A stretch of 64,000 nt of DNA from Xanthobacteraceae bacterium (GCA_045801465.1 JBJMSU010000065.1:1992-65991); one strand, 5' to 3'; shown: positions 48,643 to 57,936, numbered from the stretch's first letter. Numbers and translations: made by a program. Notes: a model not told the origin generated them from the sequence alone.

Positions 48643-50280
48643 TTACGTCTTCGGCGGACAGAACGGGAAACGCTCGACGAGTCTAATATGGCGGGGAAGC
48701 CAGGAGCAAGTGCTCTCCGGTCCGGCCCGGCGCAGGCCCTGCTTGATCGGCTCGAACTGGCCGAACACCGCATTGATTGTGAGGAGAAGCGCGCCCAGCG
48801 GGAAAGCCAGGCGGTGCGATGCCGGGGCGGAAAAATTCGCCAACAGCCAGCAGGCGGCGATGACGACCAGCGGGTCGGCGTAGATGGCGTACTCGATGTG
48901 CAGATCGCGCAGCGTTCCGACAGCGTCCAGCCCCCAGGCTGCGGCCAGGAGAATGCCCACCTGCCCGACGAGCAGGCGCTCGCCGCGCCGCCACGCCATC
49001 ACCATTCCGGCGCACACGAGCCATTGCAGGAAGACCGTCGCCCGCGTCGAGAAATGAAGCACGAAAGTGAAACGGGCGAACACGTCGGCGATGCCGAAGA
49101 CCACTGACTGAAAGAGCCGCGAGCTGAACACGCCATCGCCCGTTGCGAGCTGCGGGTCGGAGAACGAAGCCCACGCCATCATGTGCTCGATCGGATTGAC
49201 GACGGAGAGCACGTTCTGCGGATGGTAGCGGATGTCGAGAGCGAGCAATCCGGCGCACACGCCGATGAACGCGGCAAGCAGCGTTGCGATGGTTTCCAAA
49301 GGGGGAACGCGCCAGATCGCCGCGAAGGCCAGGATCGCCGCTACCACCCATGCGGCGACCATCGCCTGGTAGAGGCCGACGATACCGAATGGCGGCGGCG
49401 GAAAGGGAAAGAGCGATGTCGGCCGCTCGACAAGCCCGAGACGGATCAGGTCGGCGGCGGGGATCGCGGTGAGCAGCGCGGCGGCCGCGAGCAGCGCAAT
49501 CGGCACGATGGCGCGCCGCGGCGAATGCCAGGAGGAACCGGCGTTGTCGCCGCGCACGCCGAAGAACATCGCGACCACGGTCCAGGCGAGCGCGAGCAGG
49601 ATGGCCTGCACCTTGTTGACGACGCCGAGCGTGCACAGCATGACGGCGATGCCGACGACAGCCGGGCGCCAGCGCCAATCGGGCGAACGCGCCGCCTCGA
49701 GCAACAGCAGCAATCCAGCGAACTCGAGGCCGGCGGCGAGCAGGTCCGTGCGGATGACCCGGGCGTGCCACATGACCGCGCTGGAGAGGGCGAGCATGAG
49801 GATGCCGAGCGCGGCAATGCGCCAGTCGGCAACCAGACGCCGCAGCAGGGCCGCGAATACGCCGACGAAGCAGAGAACGAGCACGAGCGACAGGAGCCTT
49901 CCTGCCCGAACGGCGGCGGTCCACACCAGCTCGAAATTCACGCTGTCGGCGGCAGGAGGAATGTCCGAGAGCGCGATCACCTTGAGGGCGCCGATGCCGT
50001 GCAGAAGCCGGAACCAAACGTCGGTGAGCAACACATTGAGATGTCCGGGATGATCGAAGAAATCCTGCGGCCGCCCGTCGTTGAGCAGAAACCCCTGATA
50101 CACCATCATGAAGTCCATATCGGCGCGGCGCCAATACGGATACCAGTAGCCGAACAGGAAAAACGAGACGACGATTGCCGCCATCGCGGCCACGATCGTG
50201 CCGGTCCAGCCGAACACGAGCACGCCGAAAAGCCCTTGGCGCGATCGGGTCTTCCGGATTGTCTCGATGTGGGCGTGCAT
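48643..50280 (-). CDS. Large polytopic membrane protein, possible GT-C-fold glycosyltransferase
   Basis: The 545-aa ORF has many hydrophobic segments. The first loop has acidic residues (DMDFMMVYQGFLLNDGRPQDFFDHPGH). It is the first gene of the operon with the nucleotidyltransferase-GT2 fusion. The fold assignment is inference. Confidence 0.6.
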   Translation of the reverse strand: MHAHIETIRKTRSRQGLFGVLVFGWTGTIVAAMAAIVVSFFLFGYWYPYWRRADMDFMMVYQGFLLNDGRPQDFFDHPGHLNVLLTDVWFRLLHGIGALKVIALSDIPPAADSVNFELVWTAAVRAGRLLSLVLVLCFVGVFAALLRRLVADWRIAALGILMLALSSAVMWHARVIRTDLLAAGLEFAGLLLLLEAARSPDWRWRPAVVGIAVMLCTLGVVNKVQAILLALAWTVVAMFFGVRGDNAGSSWHSPRRAIVPIALLAAAALLTAIPAADLIRLGLVERPTSLFPFPPPPFGIVGLYQAMVAAWVVAAILAFAAIWRVPPLETIATLLAAFIGVCAGLLALDIRYHPQNVLSVVNPIEHMMAWASFSDPQLATGDGVFSSRLFQSVVFGIADVFARFTFVLHFSTRATVFLQWLVCAGMVMAWRRGERLLVGQVGILLAAAWGLDAVGTLRDLHIEYAIYADPLVVIAACWLLANFSAPASHRLAFPLGALLLTINAVFGQFEPIKQGLRRAGPESTCSWLPRHIRLVERFPFCPPKT

Positions 50281-50384
50281 CGGCGCTACGACTACAGGGT
50301 TCGACGAATTCGTACAATTGGAACGGAGTTCCCCTTCGCCCGAAAAGGCTCTAACAGTGTGAGCACGATGGACTGCCGCGCATC

Positions 50385-51413
50385 ATGAGCACCGGCACGC
50401 CGACCAGCGGGCCCATTCTCGTCACCGGCGCTGCCGGCTTCATCGGATTCCATGTCGCGCGTCGGCTGCTGCAGGACGGACGCAGCGTCGTCGGCGTCGA
50501 TAACATCAGCGCCTATTACGATCCCGCCTTGAAGCAGGCCCGGCTCGCCGAGCTCGCCCCGTTTCCGGAGTTCCGTTTCGAGAAGCTCGATCTGGCCGAG
50601 CGAGACAGCACCGCGTCGCTGTTCGGCGATCACCGCTTTCCCTATGTGGTGCATCTCGCCGCACAACCGGGCGTGCGCTATTCGCTGATCGACCCGCATG
50701 CCTATGCGGACGCCAACCTCATCGGCTTTCTCAACGTGCTCGAAGGCTGCCGCCACGGCGGCTGCCGTCATCTCGTCTATGCCTCGTCCTCCTCGGTCTA
50801 CGGCGCCAATACCAAAGTGCCGTTCCGCACGTCGGACAATGTCGATCATCCGGTGAGCCTCTACGGGGCGACCAAGAAGGCCAACGAGGCAATGGCGCAT
50901 GCCTATGCTCACCTTTATGGATTGCCGGTCACGGGCCTGCGTTTTTTCACCGTGTACGGGCCGTGGGGCAGACCCGACATGGCGCCATGGCTGTTCACGC
51001 AGGCGATCAGCGAGGGTCGGCCGATCCGCCTGTTCAATCACGGGAAGATGCGACGCGACTTCACCTATATTGACGACATTGTCGAAGCGGTCGTCCGTCT
51101 GATCGAGCGCCCGCCGGCCGGCGATCCGGCCTGGTCGGGTGAAGCGTCCGATCCAGCGAGCAGCGCGGCGCCCTGGCGCCTCTACAACATCGGCAACAAC
51201 CGGCCGGTCGAACTCGATCACTTCGTGCGCGCGTTGGAAGCGGCGGTCGGCAAGCCTGCCGTGCGCGAGCTCGTGCCGATGCAGCCGGGCGACGTGATCG
51301 AAACCTATGCGGACGTCGCCGACCTGCAGGCGGCGGTCGGATTCCGGCCCGACACGCCCATCGAGGATGGTTTGCGCCGCTTCGTCGACTGGTACGTGAA
51401 CTATAAGAAGTGA
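50385..51413 (+). CDS. NAD-dependent UDP-glucuronate 4-epimerase (SDR, extended)
   Basis: ILVTGAAGFIGFHVARRLL, YYDPALKQARL, SSSSVYG, YGATKKANE and RFFTVYGPWGRPDMA are characteristic of the UDP-GlcA 4-epimerase subfamily. Confidence 0.85.
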   Translation: MSTGTPTSGPILVTGAAGFIGFHVARRLLQDGRSVVGVDNISAYYDPALKQARLAELAPFPEFRFEKLDLAERDSTASLFGDHRFPYVVHLAAQPGVRYSLIDPHAYADANLIGFLNVLEGCRHGGCRHLVYASSSSVYGANTKVPFRTSDNVDHPVSLYGATKKANEAMAHAYAHLYGLPVTGLRFFTVYGPWGRPDMAPWLFTQAISEGRPIRLFNHGKMRRDFTYIDDIVEAVVRLIERPPAGDPAWSGEASDPASSAAPWRLYNIGNNRPVELDHFVRALEAAVGKPAVRELVPMQPGDVIETYADVADLQAAVGFRPDTPIEDGLRRFVDWYVNYKK

Positions 51414-51423
51414 GGACGCCACT

Positions 51424-53253
51424 CTACATCCGAACCCGCCGCTTGCCCGTCACCATGCGGGCCATCAATGTGCCGTCGCTGTTGCGGCTGAGCGATGCCT
51501 CCATTTCGACGCCATCGTCATCGGCGTTCCAGTGGTGGATGCGATAGATCAGGGTGTCGTCGGGGTCGCTGTTGGCGAAATAGAATACGTCGCGGTGCTG
51601 CGTGCTCAAGTCGCGTGCAAAAGCCGGACCAGCGAAACGCATGGCGCAAACATCATTGATGATCGGATAGGCGGCGAAATAGAGCAGGCCAACGCCGTTG
51701 ATGTCGTGCGGCGGAATGATGTCATACTGGCACTCGAATATCGGCGGTGCCTGCTCGCGGGCGCGGCGGGCGCGGTACTCGTGAGCGAATTCCGGCAAAT
51801 CGGCATGATCGGGAATTGCGCAGCCGACCGGTATCTCGGGCTGACCTTTGAGCAGCGACGTGTTGGCGCCCGCCTCGCCGTACTTGGAGAAGCTCGACAT
51901 CACCCGCACCAGCGCCGACCGGCCATCGCCCCGCACGCCCGCATCGCTGAAGAACATCATGGCGCCATAACGCGAGCCTTTGGCGGCGACGGTAATAGTC
52001 TCGTTCTCCACATAGGCCGCAAGCGGCGCGGTCGAGCTCAGCTGGACGCGCGTGAAAGTGGCGTAAAGGCGGTTTCCGCCGGCGTCGGTCAGTCGGCTCG
52101 ACGGCTGGCCGAGCGCGCGGGTGATCAGGCTCCAATGGATATCGCCAACCTCCTTGAGCAACCAGGATTCCGAAAGCCCGCCGAGCGCCATTTGCGGCAT
52201 GTTCAGATCGTACACGCGTTGCTCGCTGGCGGGCGCGGTCGAAACGGCGCGGGCGCCCGGTGGCCTGGATCGACCCCGGGCACGATACGGACTAGGTTCC
52301 TCAAGGAATGAAATTTGCTCGACGCCGGCTGCGGCGCCGCGCTCTGTGCCGGCCAGGATGCGCACGACATCGCCAGGCGTGATCACCGAGCTCCACGACT
52401 CGTCGTCGATGACCGTGGCGAACGATTGTTCGATTCTGGTGCGCAGCGTCAGCATGGCGAAGCTGTCCACGGCGAGCCGGGCGAATGGCGTATCGAGATC
52501 GTCTTGGGAAAATGCCGGAAGCTCGGTCCGGATCAGCTCGATCAGCTGCGCGCCGAGCGCGCCTTCTACAAGGTCGGGCGTGCCGCTACGCTTGTTTGCG
52601 GCGACGGCTTCTTCGCTCGCCTGCGGAAGACCTTTGATTTCGCGGCAAGCCGCGACGAATCCCGAGATGTCGTCGCTTTGCAGCAATGGACGCAGCTGCC
52701 GAACCTGCGTGGCGTCGAGCTCCCACCAGCGCAGCTCCAGCAAGGTCGCGATGGCTTTGTCGGGAAAGCGCTTGCGCACGACACGGGCAGGATTGCCTAA
52801 CACGACGGCGTAGGGAGGAACATCGTCGATCACCACCGCGCCTGCACCGACGATGGCGCCGTCGCCGACCGTGACGCCCGACACAATCGTGGCGTTCGCC
52901 GCAATCCACACGTCCGAGCCGACGACGATGTCCCCCCGGGAAGTAGGAAGCTCGTCACGGGTTAGCGCGCCGAAAGCCAACCCAAGCGGGAACGTCGTGA
53001 CCGCGTCGGTGCGGTGATGTCCGCCGAGGATGAACGTCGCCCCCGCCGCAATACTGCAATACCGGCCAACCTTCAGGCGCGCGGAATCACCGAAGGTCCT
53101 GACCGCCGGTGCGCCAATCGAATAGTCGCCGATCTCGAAACCGTGGCGCGCCACATGATAGGCAAGCGTCCGCCGCAACTGATGACAGCGGGGAACTGAT
53201 CTCGCATGCCATCGCACACGCTGCCGCTTCCAGAACTCCGACAAGGTCGACAT
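51424..53253 (-). CDS. Tri-domain protein: hexapeptide-repeat (XAT/CatB-like) O-acyltransferase, then a carrier-protein (PP-binding) domain, then a double hot-dog (LnmK/thioesterase-like) domain
   Basis: Start at MSTLSEFWK (ATG at 53251-53253). The hexapeptide region is VGSDVWIAANATIVSGVTVGDGAIVGAGAVVIDDVP, followed by the XAT tail LLELRWWELD. The carrier motif is ARLAVDSFAMLTLR, with the Ser codon at 52462-52464. The C-terminal ~265 aa contain two hot-dog-like halves (LSESWLLKEVGDIHW... and PPHDINGVGLLYFAAYPIIND). Confidence 0.8.
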   Translation of the reverse strand: MSTLSEFWKRQRVRWHARSVPRCHQLRRTLAYHVARHGFEIGDYSIGAPAVRTFGDSARLKVGRYCSIAAGATFILGGHHRTDAVTTFPLGLAFGALTRDELPTSRGDIVVGSDVWIAANATIVSGVTVGDGAIVGAGAVVIDDVPPYAVVLGNPARVVRKRFPDKAIATLLELRWWELDATQVRQLRPLLQSDDISGFVAACREIKGLPQASEEAVAANKRSGTPDLVEGALGAQLIELIRTELPAFSQDDLDTPFARLAVDSFAMLTLRTRIEQSFATVIDDESWSSVITPGDVVRILAGTERGAAAGVEQISFLEEPSPYRARGRSRPPGARAVSTAPASEQRVYDLNMPQMALGGLSESWLLKEVGDIHWSLITRALGQPSSRLTDAGGNRLYATFTRVQLSSTAPLAAYVENETITVAAKGSRYGAMMFFSDAGVRGDGRSALVRVMSSFSKYGEAGANTSLLKGQPEIPVGCAIPDHADLPEFAHEYRARRAREQAPPIFECQYDIIPPHDINGVGLLYFAAYPIINDVCAMRFAGPAFARDLSTQHRDVFYFANSDPDDTLIYRIHHWNADDDGVEMEASLSRNSDGTLMARMVTGKRRVRM

Positions 53254-53355
53254 GAGGTTACTCGGAGCTCGCGCGCCGGGCCGCATCCAGACGCAGATAT
53301 GACCAATCAATGCGTGCCACGGTCATATTCTATTTCCGCGCGCAATCAATGCACA

Positions 53356-54858
53356 TCAGCCGCAGGAACCGAGTGGACCGATCGGGCCGCGCGGCGTGTC
53401 GAGCTTGAACGCGTAGTAGGTGCGGGCCGACGTCGGGCCGGTCCTGGCGTCGAAAGCGCCGAGCGCTTCGACCTGGGCGAACTGGGCGGCGAGGCGCGTT
53501 GTGGCGGAGCAACGGCTGACGAACAGAAGCGGCCGCGGCGTCGTGTCGGAAAGCGCGCGCGTGAGCTCGAATTGGTGCGCCGCAGTCGCTCCAATCGGCC
53601 ACGCCATGACGGCCTCCGGCTGATCGCGCCAATAATAGAGAAGGGAAGCGACGTCGTCGCGCTGGTCGCCGACGATGGCGCGGGCGCCGACCTGTTGCGC
53701 CAGCCGGCCGGTCGCTTCTCCCAAGGCGCGCCAGCCGAGCGTGCGGCGGTAAGCATCGCCGAGCACGGGAACGTGGAGCCCGGTTGCTTGCGTGTCCCCG
53801 GCCAGAAACAGCGCCTGCACGAATAAGCCGACGGCCAGACTGAGCGTCAGCCATTTCCAGGCGGCCCTGCGGATCATGATGGCGACCACCACGATCACTC
53901 CGGAAATGAACGCCGTGACCGCCCAGTTGGCGAAGGCGCGGCTGATGATCGCCGTCGCCGTGATGAGAACGAGCGGAGGAATCGCAAAGGCGAGCATCAG
54001 CCGATCGGCGCGAGTGATGAGCGGGGAGGCGATTCTGACCAACGTCGCGAGCAGCACGCCAAAGAGAACCGGACCGAATACCGCGAACTGCGAGGCGATG
54101 AATTCGAGCGCCCGCAGCGGATTGAGCTTCAAGCCGCCGCCCTGGATGTTGTCGCCGGTGTGCTTGAAGGTGGCAAGGCCGTGGGTGAGGTTCCAGTAAA
54201 TGTTCGGGGCGATCACCAGGATGGCGATGCCTAACGCGAGCCACAGCTCGGGCTTGCGCAGGAGCAGGCGGGCATCGCGGTCGAACCAGGCCGCCAATGC
54301 GGCGCCGAGGAGGAAATACGCCATGGCGTATTTGGCAAGCGCGCCCAATCCCAAAGCGATGCCGAGCACGATGGCCCAGCGTCGATCCGCACCGTTGAGG
54401 AGCTTGACGTAAGCAAGCAGGGCGAGCGCCCAGAAGAAGAGCAGCGGAACATCGGTCGAGATGATGCGCGCGGAGAACACCACGCCGGGCGTGAGCGCGG
54501 TCGCAAGCGCGGCGAAAAACGCGACGGTCTCGTCGTACAGCTGTCGCGCGATGGCGAAGACAAGCAAGCTGGTGCCGAAATAGAGGATGGGCGCCGGAGC
54601 GCGAATGCAGGCTTCCGAGCTGCCGCACAGCGTCTCGGCGCCGGCGATGAGCCAGGCGAGCAGGGGCGGCTTGGTGAAGTAGCCGAATGCGAGCTCGCGC
54701 GACCAGGCCCAATATTGGGCTTCGTCGAAGAAGAGATCGACCACCGAGAATTTCAGCCCGATCAGCCGAATGACCGTCAGTAAGGTAAGCAGCGCCACGG
54801 CGAGGCCGAAGCTTGGAATTGCCTGCGACCGGATCGTTGCCTGCGACGTCGACGCCAT
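53356..54858 (-). CDS. ArnT/PMT-like GT-C glycosyltransferase (GT39/83 type), polyprenyl-phosphate-sugar dependent
   Basis: Start at MASTSQATIRS (ATG at 54856-54858). LFFDEAQYWAWSRELAFGYFTKPPLLAWLI is the typical first-loop motif. The N-terminal half is polytopic and the C-terminal domain is soluble. Confidence 0.82.
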   Translation of the reverse strand: MASTSQATIRSQAIPSFGLAVALLTLLTVIRLIGLKFSVVDLFFDEAQYWAWSRELAFGYFTKPPLLAWLIAGAETLCGSSEACIRAPAPILYFGTSLLVFAIARQLYDETVAFFAALATALTPGVVFSARIISTDVPLLFFWALALLAYVKLLNGADRRWAIVLGIALGLGALAKYAMAYFLLGAALAAWFDRDARLLLRKPELWLALGIAILVIAPNIYWNLTHGLATFKHTGDNIQGGGLKLNPLRALEFIASQFAVFGPVLFGVLLATLVRIASPLITRADRLMLAFAIPPLVLITATAIISRAFANWAVTAFISGVIVVVAIMIRRAAWKWLTLSLAVGLFVQALFLAGDTQATGLHVPVLGDAYRRTLGWRALGEATGRLAQQVGARAIVGDQRDDVASLLYYWRDQPEAVMAWPIGATAAHQFELTRALSDTTPRPLLFVSRCSATTRLAAQFAQVEALGAFDARTGPTSARTYYAFKLDTPRGPIGPLGSCG

Positions 54859-55150
54859 CGATGATCTTTCCGCGAAGGGCGCGCACATTGGACCGACGCC
54901 GGGAGCGAGACAAGGGCAGATGGGCCGCAGGATGCGGCCGCGGATGGCGCGCGTCCCGCCACTCGATCGATTGCTTTATCGCTGCGCGCCGCGCCGCACA
55001 GGAATGCCACAATCCACCGCCTTTGTGGTGTAAACATTTGATTCGAAACGTGAGTGGGTGATTCGCCGTGACCGGGTCGCCAGCCGCCTCCAGGCATGCT
55101 AGGGGTGGTTGCCGGGCGGTGCGAGGCGTGATGGGGGTAGCTGTCCCGAT

Positions 55151-56149
55151 ATGGTGCAAACCGTGAAAGGCGGCGCGGCAGACGTGCTGCGCGTCGGGGT
55201 GGTCGGCGTCGGTGTCATGGGCAGCAACCATGCGCGCGTCCTTGCCGGGCTCCCCGGAATTCGACTCGTCGGAGTTGCCGATCCGGACCAGCAACAGGCC
55301 CGCTTCGTCGCCGGTGCGCTGGGCACCACCGCCGTCGACGAGGTGGATGCGTTGTTGCCGCTCGGCGTCGACGCCATCACCATCGCGGCGCCGACGCACC
55401 TGCATCACGACATCGCGCTCAGCTGCATCAAGCGCGGCGTCCACGTCCTGGTGGAGAAGCCGATCGCCTCCAATCCCGAGGAGGGGAGGCGCATCGTTGC
55501 CGCTGCACGGCGTGCCGGCGTCACCCTGATGGTCGGCCACGTGGAGCGTTTCAATCCTGCGGTCGAGACGATCAAGGAGGCGATCCGCGGCGAGGAGATC
55601 CTATCGATCGCCATCACCCGCGTCGGTCCATTCCCGCCCCGCATGTCCAATGTGGGCGTGGTGATCGACCTTGCAGTGCACGACATCGACCTCATCCGCT
55701 GGTTCACCGATTCGGAGATCGTGGACGTGCAGCCGCTCACCGCCAATGCGGTCGCCGAGCGCGAGGACATCGCGCTGCTGCAGTTCCGCACGACCTCGGG
55801 TGTGCTGGCGCAGATCAACACGAACTGGCTGACGCCATTCAAGGCGCGCACGGTCCACGTGGCGACGCGCGATAAATACATCATCGGCGATCTGCTGACG
55901 CGGACGGTCACGGAATGTTTCGGCTTCCAGCCGGACGGCAGCTATTCCATGCGCCATCTGTCGGTCGGCTATACCGAGCCGTTGCGCTCCGAGCTCGTCG
56001 CCTTCTTTACGGCCATCCGCTCGGGAAGCGCTGCCGTCGTGAGCGGCGAGGAGGGTGTCGCCAGCCTCGAGATCGCCATGCGCTGCCTGGACGAGCGTCC
56101 GGCGCGGGCGCGGCCGCAGCCCAAGGCAGCACGGCGCGCCGCCGGCTAG
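55151..56149 (+). CDS. Gfo/Idh/MocA-family NAD(P) oxidoreductase (sugar-nucleotide dehydrogenase type)
   Basis: Start at MVQTVKGG (ATG at 55151). The Rossmann motif is LRVGVVGVGVMGSNHARVL, with the EKP motif in VLVEKPIA. Confidence 0.85.
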   Translation: MVQTVKGGAADVLRVGVVGVGVMGSNHARVLAGLPGIRLVGVADPDQQQARFVAGALGTTAVDEVDALLPLGVDAITIAAPTHLHHDIALSCIKRGVHVLVEKPIASNPEEGRRIVAAARRAGVTLMVGHVERFNPAVETIKEAIRGEEILSIAITRVGPFPPRMSNVGVVIDLAVHDIDLIRWFTDSEIVDVQPLTANAVAEREDIALLQFRTTSGVLAQINTNWLTPFKARTVHVATRDKYIIGDLLTRTVTECFGFQPDGSYSMRHLSVGYTEPLRSELVAFFTAIRSGSAAVVSGEEGVASLEIAMRCLDERPARARPQPKAARRAAG

Positions 56150-56182
56150 CGCCCGCGTTCGCCCATTCTATGCCTTCCGATT

Positions 56183-56310
56183 GTCATCCCGGACGGCTCG
56201 CCATGGCGAGCTGATCCGGGACCCAAAGTACCCCTGCATCAGGAAAAGGGCTAGGCAGGGGGTTCCTGGGGTCCCGGCTCTCGCGCCTTGCGGCGCTCGG
56301 CCGGGATGAC
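56183..56310. repeat. MITE-like palindromic repeat, family B, copy 3
   Basis: The sequence is gtcatcccggacggctcgccatggcgagctgatccggg...ggtcccggctctcgcgccttgcggcgctcggccgggatgac. Its ends are near-identical to the copy at 26064. Confidence 0.8.
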
Positions 56311-56376
56311 AAATCGAGGGGCGATGCGTGTCGCCGTTGTTCGTCTCTTAGGCGCCACTCGAGCCATCCAACGGGC

Positions 56377-57936
56377 ATGATCGAGCGTATCCTCACGGTC
56401 GGCGGATTGACCCTGGTGTCGCGCCTCACCGGCTTCATTCGCGACATCGTGCTCGCCTATTTTCTCGGTGCCGGCCCGATCGCTGACGCGTTCTTCGTCG
56501 CCTGGCGCCTTCCCAATCATTTCCGCGCGATCTTTGCCGAGGGCGCCTTCAACGCCGCCTTCGTGCCCGCCTATGCGCGCATCCGCGAGCAGCACGGCGC
56601 CGATGCCGTGCGCCTGTTCGCCGACCGCGTCTTCACCCTCATGGTCGTCAGCCAGGCCGTGCTGCTCGTTGCGGCGCTCTTGTTCATGCCGTGGGTGGTG
56701 GCGGCGCTGGCGCCCGGCTTCACCCATGATCCGGGCCGGTTCGAGCTGGCCGTGGAATTCACCCGGATCACCTTCCCCTCCTTGATGCTGATGGCGCTGG
56801 TGACGCTTTACAGCGGCGTCCTCAATGCGCGCGAACGCTTCGCGGCTGCCGCGGCGGCGCCGATCCTGCTCAATCTGGCCATGATTGCCGCGTTGGGATG
56901 CGCCTGGCTTTTCCCCACCGCCGGCCACGCCGCCGCATGGGCCGTGTTGCTCGCCGGCTTTCTCGAACTCTTGCTGGTGACCGGCGACGCGGCACGCGCC
57001 GGGGCGACGGCGCGGTTTCGACTGCCGCGCTTCGACGAACACGTGAAGCGTTTCTTCAAGGCGCTCGGGCCGGCCGTGATCGGCTCCTCGGGGGTTCAGC
57101 TCGCGCTGCTCGCCGACACCATCATTGCGAGCTTCCTGGCGCGCGGCGCGGTCTCGGCGCTGTACTACGCCGATCGCCTCAACCAGCTGCCGATCGGTGT
57201 CATCGGGATCGCCGCCGGGACGGTGGTGCTGCCGGAAATGGCGCGGCGGATCGCGGCCGGCGATGAAGCAGGGGCCCTGCAGGCGCAGAATCGCGCGATC
57301 GAGTTCACGCTTGTGCTGTCGGTGCCCTGCGTCGCGGCGTTCCTGCTGGTGCCGGACCTGATCATGCGTGCCCTGTTCGCCCGCGGGGCGTTCACGGCGG
57401 CCGATGCGGCTGCCGCCGGGGCGACGCTCGCCGCCTACACGATCGGCTTGCTGCCGTTCGTGCTGATCCGCAGCGTGAGCGCGACGTTCCTCGCCCGCGG
57501 CGACACCTGGACGCCCGTGAAGGCCGCACTCGCCGCCGCGAGCGTCAATATCGCGTTGAAGATAGCCCTGATGGGTCCGCTCGCGCAGGTCGGGCTGGCG
57601 CTGGCGACCGCGATCGGAGCCTGGATCAACTTCGGCCTGGTCGTCTGGTTCGCGGCGCGCGCCGGCCTATTCGGACTCGACGACCGCCTCAAGTCCTCCA
57701 TCGTCAAGGTCTTCGTGGCCGGGCTTGCGCTCGCCCTGGTCCTTCTGCTGGCGCAAGATCCGGTGCTGGCGCTCTATCGCACGTGGCCGAGGCTGCGCGA
57801 GGAAGCCGCGCTGGCGACGCTCGCCATCATCGGCGCTCTCGTGTATGGCGGTCTTATTGCCGTCTTGTTTGGCCGCCAATGGCTGGCTGCGTTCCGCCGC
57901 AGCCGCGGCACGAAAGCGATCACGGCGGAAGATTGA
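56377..57936 (+). CDS. murJ: Lipid II flippase MurJ (MviN)
   Basis: A 519-aa polytopic protein reading LTLVSRLTGFIRDIVLAYFLGAGPIADAFFVAWRLPNHFRAIFAEGAFNAAFVPAY. Confidence 0.9.
   Translation: MIERILTVGGLTLVSRLTGFIRDIVLAYFLGAGPIADAFFVAWRLPNHFRAIFAEGAFNAAFVPAYARIREQHGADAVRLFADRVFTLMVVSQAVLLVAALLFMPWVVAALAPGFTHDPGRFELAVEFTRITFPSLMLMALVTLYSGVLNARERFAAAAAAPILLNLAMIAALGCAWLFPTAGHAAAWAVLLAGFLELLLVTGDAARAGATARFRLPRFDEHVKRFFKALGPAVIGSSGVQLALLADTIIASFLARGAVSALYYADRLNQLPIGVIGIAAGTVVLPEMARRIAAGDEAGALQAQNRAIEFTLVLSVPCVAAFLLVPDLIMRALFARGAFTAADAAAAGATLAAYTIGLLPFVLIRSVSATFLARGDTWTPVKAALAAASVNIALKIALMGPLAQVGLALATAIGAWINFGLVVWFAARAGLFGLDDRLKSSIVKVFVAGLALALVLLLAQDPVLALYRTWPRLREEAALATLAIIGALVYGGLIAVLFGRQWLAAFRRSRGTKAITAED

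Noticed and set aside
55151-56149. Assigning the Gfo/Idh/MocA oxidoreductase as GnnA (UDP-GlcNAc 3-dehydrogenase for the GlcN3N lipid A backbone).
   Set aside because: The idea is attractive given the LPS context. However, no DegT/GnnB-type aminotransferase is adjacent, and the family is too broad to assign a substrate from motifs alone. I kept the generic call.
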